A stretch of DNA of 28,075 nucleotides from Euryarchaeota archaeon UBA60 (GTDB lineage: Archaea > Thermoplasmatota > Poseidoniia > Poseidoniales > Poseidoniaceae). The stretch is from the NCBI GenBank assembly GCA_002503395.1, contig DARQ01000053.1:260-28334 (forward strand), given 5' to 3'. Below are positions 20,001-24,366 of this stretch, in pieces (positions within the stretch are counted from its first letter, which is position 1; each line of letters begins with the position of its first letter). The notes beneath the pieces were generated by a model, which worked only from the letters and a program-made list of their open reading frames with translations, had not been told where the DNA came from and made no database searches. Made by a program: the position numbers and the translations under genes.

Positions 20001-22068
20001 GGTGACCTGTGAGGCTTTCTCGGTGAGCATCAGCAACAGCTCTGAGTTATTGATTGAAGAGACCACATCGAACCAGGAGGGTGGCGAGTGTGACATTACA
20101 CTGACACTGTCCGACGACGGTACTGACGCTTTCCCGATTAGTTACATACATCCACTTCTCGGTGTAGATATCTACGGCTGGACTTTCAACGACGCAACGC
20201 CAAAGGCGGTTACGTTCCGAATAAATCCAATCAACGACGCACCGTTTATCTACAGTTCATTCGACCAGTCCTTGTCTCCGGCAAGAGAGATTGTCGACGG
20301 TAATGGTGACCCAATCAATCTGGAATGGGCAATCACCGTACAGGAAGACACCACAGATGTCGCTAAGATGACGTTTAATCTATCGCAGATGAAGGCTGAT
20401 GTCGACCACAATGCTGATGACCTAACCTGGACATTCCAGCGCCACTACGTGGAGACTGAAAATGGTGACCCATCAATGCAATGTGAGTATGACAACTACT
20501 TCAGCAACATCGCCATCGTCGGCGACGAGATGTCTTTCACCCTGATTCCAGATGCGACCACCAATGCTCCACCAGAGCAGGTTGACAAGATGGATGATGG
20601 TGGAATTCACCAATCACGTCCAAATAGCCAAGAAGGATATTGTTTCATCGAGATGTATGTACACGATTCAGAGGATTATCCAGCCTACATCCCGAACTAC
20701 ATTAATTTCAACGATACCACAACCTATGTTGATCACACTTCACAGATGCAGATTTTGAAGATTAAGGTTGATAACACACCTGAACCAGTGCCTGACTACT
20801 TCTTCGACGATTCGGCGAGCAGCGGCTTCAACTTCCACGGTGTAAGTTACGTTATCTCTGGAACTGAAGTACCGATGTCGGTTGAAATCGTAGGCGGCGG
20901 AGATGCCCCACCGAACTCTGATGGTACCTACAAGTATGACCACGTACTCGAGGTCACGTTCAAGTCGGACGGTCACCAAGAAGGCGACCTGACGGCCGGA
21001 CGAACTATCTTCGTAGACCCACCAGCAAACGGCGAGCGCATTACCGTCAAGCACCCGGGTGTTCCAATCATGGATGAATCGAAGAAGGTATCGGTATACG
21101 TTGATGTCAAGACCTGTCTTGCTGAGACCTGTCCTGCACCAACGAATCTGTCCGCCGCTGACTTCGTCAACGACAACCCTGAGGCGCATGTCTGTAGCGG
21201 GAGTGCTGATTCATGGACGTGTCCTGGTCTGTTCCAAGACCTAGCTGACCGTCGCCCTCAACTCGAGGACAAGAACTTCAGCAACAACATCATGACTAAT
21301 ATGGTGGATCCTGCCCCAACAGATGCAAACCTATGTGGTAGTTCACACCCATACAAGTGTCTCTCGACCGGCCAAGCTCTGCCAGAGATTGTCGCCACTC
21401 ATGGACTGGCGTCAGTGCCATCCTTTGCTCCAAGCATTATGATGGTCAGCCTGATGGGAATGTTCGTAGGTGCAATGCTAGCTATGGGACGACGCGATGA
21501 GGAAGATGACTATACCGAGGAGTTGGAAGATGACGAGGCTGCAGTCAGCCCGGTTATCGCCACTATCTTGATGGTTGCCATAACAGTTGTATTGTCCGGT
21601 GTGATTTACGTGTGGGCCAGTTCGCTTGCGAATACCGACCAGAAGACCGTACCCCGTCTGGGTATGAAAGTGGTTGACGTCAACCCTGACGCACCTACCG
21701 GATACTGGAGGCTTGATGTAACCGATGCCAAGACCGAATTAGCCAGCCAAGGTATTATCGTACAACTTGAGTGGGCTGATGGGGTTTACCAAACCAGTTT
21801 GACCAACACCACCAATTATGGTTTCGTTCCGACCAACGTCCCCGATACACTGCGAGCGAATGCTCCGGTAATCGTAACCTTCGCCGACAATGTGAATTGT
21901 GACGCCGATGGAAAGAACTGTGTTACCACATTCGGGGTCGGAGACTCGATTCTGATTGGTAGCCATGACACCAACGGCAACAAGCTGAACGATGTCAAGG
22001 TGACCATCAGGTACGACCCAGGCGCAGGCACTGCAACACTGTTGCAGACCTTCAGGAACCTGAATTAG
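8008..22068 (+). CDS. Giant (~4686 aa) multidomain cell-surface/adhesin-like protein with a C-terminal archaeal type IV pilin fused in frame
   Basis: Uninterrupted ORF. ATG 8008 is preferred over GTG 7969 because of the SD and the signal-like 'SAVFLVLLMALMPFGGIASA'. Recognisable motifs include a WapA-like N-terminus, a NIDO-like domain, parallel beta-helix repeats, a cupredoxin, a DOMON/CBM9-like domain and cadherin-like 'PINDAP' repeats. These are followed by a TM and the Pilin_N motif 'AVSPVIATILMVAITVVLSGVIYVW'. Numerous N-x-S/T sequons. Confidence 0.92.
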   Translation: MKLNTTKLNKTSIWGGVGSAVFLVLLMALMPFGGIASAPMDEVDSALESDAAEAKADPFALPVESAGTIELEDRDPTKELLGMRGLTQKGYVEDNGDITVLTFDEPIHYVADGITWEEINTNVVATPYGWEVSDNLFKTSFAGEVGGGVAIQAHPNVDPIIVGIQPMLVTLDITGTAPEPVHVGPTEEAISTGGNTIRYPLAMGYDLDYQVENGKVKQNLIIRDQPVLEEGQEWFGLSEMIRMPVDYALYVGEVVVGQEIIMTQEPLQVRHIETGELLVEFPTPTVIEPGNSELHMGTYFVSVVNGGQVFLTTAVESSWLMDMNRSYPINLDPTIQVQQSGGTYGGGYCYVYYGYCYDGTYSYLYRYYASIYYIPWHRYDFTAQNLGTAAYPTKVEWKMYRSYYYSYSSNSATATFLENCGTDVRYNYGVSSASCSGDITKSLLSGSNSNVNERKLISSIWNSRTLGSVGSGTGWKTLTVCNSQTACSSGDGLVLFNAMNGGGTKGVGMMYSTSTYYYTYSYNAGSSKSYYAISYGGASDTNAPSAMNYAAYTGITTYKEGARTFFIDLKDNSGIDTTSSGGPFMYYSVDNATYTKVSASTIGTCTSSAARCQFRATTSALAEGDYVTYYWEYSDLSSNSNTGTSPSGGSSGPHWFQIDATEDAGSAKKLQVQLEQRSAYSSYQPQKYFDQLMTYYDSSDEFVFEFDTSDCGTGSQSCFYTSNYYFYQMWKMQWTTAPSSGYNGFGGTQSGSWDMMADIDNGFITLTADDGPGMNLIYLYDSSANRWSVTGLDTSTGIDETLTGGLTKTKRGTYGYTDHYNIKLDNIYGTVGKFDFNGSYSSSRANWLCQGTNGFVYFFRSTSSNPLCTSGYYYAYSPSYRWTGFAIGMGYYGSMSTSGGMSYKVTKVAPEPDRTAPTMDHTPLLDSHSKKRTISATIVDAGEPPTGLNTSQVIGVGPTLYYRQSGTSTWFDTLMSPVGKTRAECKTASCEWTATLDSDSGAVDTDFMERGKTIEYKLYSRDMNSDSAGSNSRTTSVMSFEVGDPNKVFVVEWHDLGYFNNQYACTFQVLLYDETNEIEFKYDTGCSVYYDYATIGYQNYARNIGATIDNGVDGYQAGSNAFNSNYRIATDGSAHGWEKFDLGATPITNYKVAIQGSSNGNPTGYYCVSSYWWNTYKAGCDANIDLPDGFSFDYFGTTFDGDSSNSRVFISRFGAMYLKSTSSTSPERAMTTWYTNMPELPYSSNTYSRPNLIAPWWGYYSSYYCYSTSSVDCSIRYRIMPFEGKGTDVDASSLTDVDWDLLDSPIRINPPGDYLSITGNMNIDAGVVVQVANGKGISFDGSCSNMNLLGNTTDHILFEGQAGQTWKGMAFTAGCSSGTDDRHLIEFVDFANTSDAAISAGSRHGASPSTNSNVGNFTMTDVTFKNVGSAVSHGSGDGTMFIIADVDVEDSSGSCFDFPTDAVVTMNDVDMDGCNTGGSSTGGAIVNDGGSTGGSLWVEDVTIADSFVNLISSDLASITIINVVATHSATQSGVALEASAGATGSTLSVDAMDADDYSSVNINTLDSYNITDSDFGDANIAISPNGASSTASGAHGDNALLNGVVAGALSMARTAPEMNNVDLSGALTVSGNSPTTNMIFGDNVDADGVSFQGCGYTYLFTDMDLDAGGADSYVSSSCSSSNAPNSITIDGGTIATAASGANNVIYARNSRVTLGSVDITGMTAPGNYVAKASSNGIISMIGVTWNSDACADADGWTGESDCWVQISSSSGEIFFGGTASVKVWKNIGNATTGTIKDYKSGHIVNAEVVDSGGSGLFIVGRHITDSSGEAQAWVLSESVSGIGLSSTGYIAHNVFGYGPAGVNETFTTDPWYPLVSTVPTFGVGDSIELELFPAPVDLGDANMDCSWLASNSTIADTYDPDGDDTYVFDSNTITLSADLVLDSCNFMLNGATLKIKSDATVSPTLTVSGGSWIKLIVEPNSQLIGTIRAQSSSYPLHLDIQDGLLWIDGGIVKDVAQSGTTGSALYIGTGATLKMTNGAKIYGLAANSDDMATVEIDGGTLEGDDGNIINTGGTGTGIWFENTKSGMANLAVSGAAVGIKSYNAAPQLDGFTVTDSDVGVNLYGGMSLPTIYRSTSLSGMNAGWETYSFDISGFMDKDYVQLGYNSIWAGGNAHPRYNYATSKYYMMTDRMWVEFELDQDSDGVADVTYNHSDRGTGTRTSPGYYNAHDGDGVADGLGRAGSDTSGEYSGYNYWDCNLYAYNQNPAYQDYGYWYYLTYTYYANQVGLSGAYTQSSNGYYGAGSEPNNFGYRWDIAEDLSSSASMYYPYHYWGYYYNAYNAYNNPLFYPPEGFNGLFGGYNICMDYYYTGYSPGLSQAGNRVSMPIIDMNNEGDGANDRNGVAIPEGKIVGATLNIDFFHNRADNYQDRIEMVVRSSDDIVDLVNENWAREAGTPLFKDGVIDDSDVGIEVGGGYAAGVFESMTVNSPTSSGMVITGSSFASVDGLIVTNGDYCVRTGLTAAGRIDLDNLNCQDQLVAGVSYQRDISGSFSGSITGSLGAAVEYGSATTADHEFTGLMLSGNAIGMSMGGKGTFTLIGSNFGNTNYDIAVPGSSEVTFIDGTIDDNKTSVTGTGVIKRARSLTITLSEDTDSTVSTVEGANILLMAGDSSIQGSSTTDASGIAGGILYTTMERTSSGATWPNLGGYSAVTAAEIDYQRTGANQKMDFRYKSVSLTLDPDAASVGTITLEEADIIPYRVCYSFTSTAYAMLAGCSGMTSGGSKAYDNDGDGTNDAWEYGYFGATPKDMSGKTILMDVPFMYIPSDSSSSTKNNWNNTNLIITGNYDYYGYQRWTSTYPYNSHLYMDNMNAVSLSTTQQGVASGVMFGYFAWSDINPWITNSTVVGLSGIAAGRENTNWDPDHFVVADNTFIRAGGPGAPKTSFGYQEMCIVNSGIHDAIVTNNIISGCPISIMIRNIVYTYYFTQSVWGPDDMIIEGNTFLDTGTISTWFYFSYGDDISVKDNTFSGSTAPTYQVYGQSAYTTRLTIDGNTFTSGDQPIYLRGTLDYDVKNNDITGNRNQAHPGIYTLNGYGSISGNTLTDADGGIMIDGVRSGQSLTVTDNTIGTSAGRTAPGAIGIWAEDCGATTLVTGGNDVTTVMNGLVVDGCAVSDTGSKFTGTGGVGGASWSVDVMESYYAPGSLNISEGDSVRWRAKEYFNGTPYIHTVTSDANSSEVFDSGTMNLGSTFAYTFDNAGTYYYHCTNHASMTGSITVTAGSSASFTANGINVISSGNKVISLNGTEVGGYSTGVSMSGGGLELTGGARIAGVGYALYLDGVDVTTSGANLDANGTSGIGLYLTNGGSLNLNDLSTGAGYGVWTDGVDFNWNGGTASGGTALYAENRAEGDFQNITFDAGLATQIHAGANTIITSVGNTLDNASLWLDSTAVIHEANLLTLTTDRNEDYTPLTPPTASDDIGLMITATDGSKAAFVSPTFRDTSPTIDGDVSEWAANPLNPSDDMMPGVMSGDGTDDMLVTWDAQKLYIGITGTNLDSGDLQVYIGHGASGTSTSLLWDNMQHELPFLANYAFWAEDGSNPPKDGDTTYTWGLKSWSTGTNTWADISEGCTWSQDSAYIGWASNDVTEIAIPWSCIGSPNGDVRMLATVLNEGDGEVNTVHPNPDDFTLAGGNESFTDTLSITLGQLNLNDGNIDDYRLVYRSYLGSTTASAAKNYDVMVIGDAPCEEDWGTIGDISMAANYEGSITIERACPFIASPSFVTVTTVGNNLTGTGYMVGFEDMPMQTIPLTPYGIDIQTSAIDIEWVITDHPNPMFAPTTLLEYYQWGVKGVDTVGVDHDDNESTPDYPMPIGDNQAVNLTVLPNQFGNYNVKLTITDEHGLTDTGYLTVIVLPINDAPIIWNFAHTNNNLALGFTPYGTWSSYGLSNVPVFTTNSNSYENVADEGHGTVPYKLGTAVFGLTTDTTYIYDQLNEQPQAYTWGASVPVTCEAFSVSISNSSELLIEETTSNQEGGECDITLTLSDDGTDAFPISYIHPLLGVDIYGWTFNDATPKAVTFRINPINDAPFIYSSFDQSLSPAREIVDGNGDPINLEWAITVQEDTTDVAKMTFNLSQMKADVDHNADDLTWTFQRHYVETENGDPSMQCEYDNYFSNIAIVGDEMSFTLIPDATTNAPPEQVDKMDDGGIHQSRPNSQEGYCFIEMYVHDSEDYPAYIPNYINFNDTTTYVDHTSQMQILKIKVDNTPEPVPDYFFDDSASSGFNFHGVSYVISGTEVPMSVEIVGGGDAPPNSDGTYKYDHVLEVTFKSDGHQEGDLTAGRTIFVDPPANGERITVKHPGVPIMDESKKVSVYVDVKTCLAETCPAPTNLSAADFVNDNPEAHVCSGSADSWTCPGLFQDLADRRPQLEDKNFSNNIMTNMVDPAPTDANLCGSSHPYKCLSTGQALPEIVATHGLASVPSFAPSIMMVSLMGMFVGAMLAMGRRDEEDDYTEELEDDEAAVSPVIATILMVAITVVLSGVIYVWASSLANTDQKTVPRLGMKVVDVNPDAPTGYWRLDVTDAKTELASQGIIVQLEWADGVYQTSLTNTTNYGFVPTNVPDTLRANAPVIVTFADNVNCDADGKNCVTTFGVGDSILIGSHDTNGNKLNDVKVTIRYDPGAGTATLLQTFRNLN
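8245..9615 (+). other. Domain: WapA/RHS-protein-like N-terminal module plus a divergent DNRLRE-like beta-sandwich
   Basis: 'MRGLTQKGYVEDNGDITVLTFDEPIHY...WEEIN' and 'WLMDMNRSYPINLDPT' match the R-x-E-x-x-K...PIH...WEDI and WL-x-D-x-x-R-x-YP-x-x-IDP motifs of Gram-positive WapA-type proteins (recalled, not searched). Confidence 0.6.
11860..18350 (+). other. Domain: long right-handed parallel beta-helix stalk with inserted modules
   Basis: It opens with the typical 'DWDLLDSPIRI...NIDAGVVVQV...GNTTDHILF...WKGMAF' cap, followed by many N/T/G/I-rich PbH1-like turns such as 'IVTNNIISGC', 'IIEGNTFLD', 'VKDNTFSG' and 'ISGNTLTD'. Confidence 0.75.
17557..17820 (+). other. Domain: plastocyanin/amicyanin-type cupredoxin with a complete type-1 Cu site
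   Basis: 'YAPGSLNISEGDSVRW', His in 'IHTVTS' (codon 17671), 'FDSG...GSTFAYTFDNAGTYYYH' and C-T-N-H-A-S-M (Cys 17782, His 17791, Met 17800). Confidence 0.9.
18499..19050 (+). other. Domain: DOMON-like/CBM9-type sugar-binding module
   Basis: Motifs 'PTIDGDVSEW', 'MLVTWDAQKLYIGI', 'DLQVYI' and 'TEIAIPWSCIG' are characteristic of DOMON_like/CBM9 domains. Confidence 0.7.
19560..20800 (+). other. Domains: cadherin-like/Ig-like repeats
   Basis: 'GNYNVKLTITDEHGLTDTGYLTVIVLPINDAP', 'CDITLTLSDDG...TFRINPINDAPFI' and 'ITVQEDT' are Ca-binding cadherin-like linker motifs. Confidence 0.7.
21541..22068 (+). other. Domain: archaeal type IV pilin (Pilin_N/DUF1628-type class III signal plus a globular head of about 150 aa)
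   Basis: 'EDDEAAVSPVIATILMVAITVVLSGVIYVWASSL' is the canonical archaeal pilin N-terminal helix. The head contains 'VTFADNVNCDADGKNC...GVGDSILI', with a probable disulfide. Confidence 0.88.
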
Positions 22069-22083
22069 GTACACGGTTGAATA

Positions 22084-22350
22084 TGCGCAGGAGCGATCCT
22101 GCACAAAGGAGGCGTGGGCGCCCGAGACCCGAGGGTCTTGGGCGCCCATACCCTTCTATCGAAGGCTACTAGCGAGAGCCACTGGGAATTAATATCAGGC
22201 TCGGATTTTACTAAGGGAGATAGACCCCGGAACCTTTCCTCGAAGGCCGAACGTCGTAACATTACTCAGTGGCCTTCGGTGTTGCTCCTCGCAGTGCGTC
22301 CTTTGAATCTCGATGTTGGGGTTCAGACGCACAAGTATTCATATCTCCCT
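22084..22350 (+). ncRNA. Candidate structured RNA/cis-element (family not recognised)
   Basis: Hairpins read directly from the sequence: GCAGGA-GCGA-TCCTGC (22087-22102, GNRA loop); a 16-bp stem 22114-22129/22134-22149 with two G-U pairs; and an outer stem AGGGAGATA 22214-22222/TATCTCCCT 22342-22350. The outer stem encloses CGAAGGCC/GGCCTTCG (22241-22248/22271-22278) and GTGCGTC/GACGCAC (22294-22300/22326-22332). The G-U pairs and the GNRA loop favour the + strand. Confidence 0.5.
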
Positions 22351-22384
22351 GTGTTCGATTGGCATGAGGGGTAGGTGAGGGAAA

Positions 22385-23065
22385 TTGCTGAAGTGCGTAG
22401 TCTTTGATTGCGATGGCGTCCTTGTCGATGCGGTCTCTTCGTGGCGAACTCTGCACGACCACTATGGCACCAATAGTGATGAAGCATTCTCGTCATTCCT
22501 AAGGGGAGAAATCACCGACGTGGAATTCATGCGCATCGATATCCAACTATGGAAGGAAATTGAGCCTGAGATACATCGTGATGAGATATTTCGCGCTTTT
22601 CAAGGGGCGAAATTGATGCCCGGGGCACGCGCCGTTATCAGCAAATTGAAATCCCGTGGAATCTATGTAGCCATCGTCTCTGCGGGTGTCGATATCTTCG
22701 TCGCTTCGATTGCCGCTATGCTGGCGGCTGATGATTGGATTGCCAATGGTTTCGAATTCGATGACGAGGGTTGGCTGGGGGATGAGGGGGTCGTCAGGGT
22801 CAGGGGTTCGAGCAAGGGTAAGATAGTCGCTAGATTGCTTGAGATGAATGGATTTTCCAGCGATGAAGTGGTGTGCGTCGGCGACAGCGACATCGATTTG
22901 TCGATGCGGGTTGAGGATTGTGCGTTCATCGGCTTCAATCCGAGCCGCAAGCGCAGTATATCGGCCTTCAGGGATGCGGATGTGCCGATTATAGAGAGCA
23001 AAGACCTGCGTTCCATCTGGCCGTATCTATTTCCCGGGGAAGACTTCCCGAGCGAGGAGGAATGA
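22385..23065 (+). CDS. HAD-superfamily phosphatase (subfamily IB, phosphoserine-phosphatase-like)
   Basis: Motif I 'VFDCDGVL', motif II 'IVSAG', motif III Lys in 'SSKGK' and motif IV 'VGDSDIDL'. TTG start with the SD AGGTGA at 22373-22378. Confidence 0.88.
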   Translation: MLKCVVFDCDGVLVDAVSSWRTLHDHYGTNSDEAFSSFLRGEITDVEFMRIDIQLWKEIEPEIHRDEIFRAFQGAKLMPGARAVISKLKSRGIYVAIVSAGVDIFVASIAAMLAADDWIANGFEFDDEGWLGDEGVVRVRGSSKGKIVARLLEMNGFSSDEVVCVGDSDIDLSMRVEDCAFIGFNPSRKRSISAFRDADVPIIESKDLRSIWPYLFPGEDFPSEEE

Positions 23066-24366
23066 TAGTGGGTGCGAATGAAGTGATGGCTATCATTCTC
23101 GCACTGCTCATCATAATTCCCGGTTGTATCGGCGCTGGCGATGGTACCAATGGAGATGGTGCTGGGGGCGCTGGCGATGGTGCTGGTGGTGGAGAACTCA
23201 TCACCTTGGTGGTGTGGTCGACATTCGAGGCTGATTCACTTGAGGATGAGGTTTTTCTCGATGCGATTGCCACTTTTGACGCTCAACACCCTTCAATCGC
23301 CATCGACGTCTCAAATCGACCTTTCATGCAGGCAGCAGATTCCTTCAGGGTTGCGGCGCAAGGTGGCGAAGCACCGGATCTGATGCGTTTTGCCAGCGAC
23401 CAGTTGGGGCAGGTCGGGGCGATGCGGGTCGATGGTTTTCCACTGCTCGAGGACCTGCGCCCGCACCTTACGCCGATACAGAGGAACATCTACGACGCGC
23501 AGGCTCTTTCCTCGATGCGGGTCGGTGGTGACTTGCTCGCCCTGCCGGCCAGTTTCGATTGTGTCAGCCTGATCTACAATGCCGATATATTCGCCGCCGA
23601 GGGGGTCGAGCCACCCAATGCGAATTGGAGTTGGCAGCAGATGCTGGAGGCGGCCGATGCACTATCCCATGGAAATCAGGTCGGATTATCGGTTCCGCTC
23701 AAAGACCCGTACCGCTGGCTGGCGTTTCAACGTGGCTTCGGCGGCGAATTATTCGCTGCGAATGGAGTGCCGACTCTCGATTCCAATGGCTCCGCAGCAG
23801 CGCTGGAAGCATGGTTGGCGCTCGACCAGTCCAATGGTGGCATGGTGCCGACCGGTACCAGCATTGACACCATGAAAAATCACTTCCGTGAGCGTGAAGC
23901 GGCGATGATAATCGATGGCCCTTGGAACTGGGCGACCTATTCACAGGCGCGGATCAATGTCGCACAGGCACCTCTGCCGATGGTCAACTCCAGCGGTGAG
24001 CGCATCTCACCGATGGTCACCTACAAGGGTTGGTCGGTAAGCAAACAGAGTCTTCACAAAGAGGAGGCGGTCGAGTTGGCACTGTGGTTATCCAGTCCCG
24101 AGGTGCAGAAGCAGTTCGCCTTGGAGACATGGACACTGCCCACTGCGGTATCGGTGCAGAGTGATTCCGAAGTAATCGATGACCCCGTGTTGTCCGGTTT
24201 TCTTGGACAAGCCGAATATGGATTTCCCGCCCCCACGACCCGGGAGATGTCGATGGTCTGGGATCCACTTTCAGCGGCGATAGAGCAGGTTTACGCCGGG
24301 AAGATGAGCGCTGAAGAGGCACTGAGTAAGGCGAATCAGCAATTACTGGAGGAAATCGACGGATGA
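23062..24366 (+). CDS. malE: Sugar ABC transporter substrate-binding lipoprotein (MalE/maltodextrin-like, CUT1 family)
   Basis: ATG 23062 overlaps the HAD stop (ATGA) and follows GAGGAGG. Hydrophobic leader ending in a lipobox-like 'IPGC', then a Gly-rich linker. MalE-like motifs: 'GGEAPDLMRFASDQLG', 'LIYNADIF', 'AAMIIDGPWN' and 'MSMVWDPLSAAI...ALSKA'. Substrate specificity is inferred. Confidence 0.8.
   Translation: MIVGANEVMAIILALLIIIPGCIGAGDGTNGDGAGGAGDGAGGGELITLVVWSTFEADSLEDEVFLDAIATFDAQHPSIAIDVSNRPFMQAADSFRVAAQGGEAPDLMRFASDQLGQVGAMRVDGFPLLEDLRPHLTPIQRNIYDAQALSSMRVGGDLLALPASFDCVSLIYNADIFAAEGVEPPNANWSWQQMLEAADALSHGNQVGLSVPLKDPYRWLAFQRGFGGELFAANGVPTLDSNGSAAALEAWLALDQSNGGMVPTGTSIDTMKNHFREREAAMIIDGPWNWATYSQARINVAQAPLPMVNSSGERISPMVTYKGWSVSKQSLHKEEAVELALWLSSPEVQKQFALETWTLPTAVSVQSDSEVIDDPVLSGFLGQAEYGFPAPTTREMSMVWDPLSAAIEQVYAGKMSAEEALSKANQQLLEEIDG
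23131..23181 (+). repeat. 15-nt direct repeat GGCGCTGGCGATGGT encoding the GAGDG linker
   Basis: Identical copies at 23131-23145 and 23167-23181. Confidence 0.85.

Noticed and set aside
8008-22068. RHS/WapA polymorphic toxin interpretation
   Set aside because: No YD/RHS repeats, no RHS core-end motif, no toxin tip or immunity ORF. The C-terminus is a pilin.
22200-22350. Assignment to TPP, glycine or SAH riboswitch, RNase P or SRP RNA (partial motifs CCTTTGAA; minus-strand CACCGAAGG, GAGGAGCAAC, GAGGAAAG)
   Set aside because: Only isolated fragments match. The required companion motifs and their order are missing, and the pairing favours the + strand. An Rfam scan is needed.
22065-22462. Small ORFs 22114-22374 (+), 22065-22262 (-) and 22262-22462 (-)
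   Set aside because: No protein-like features. The region is better explained by extensive base-pairing.
22385-23065. Naming the HAD enzyme serB
   Set aside because: The family is clear but the substrate is not. The operon context points to other substrates.
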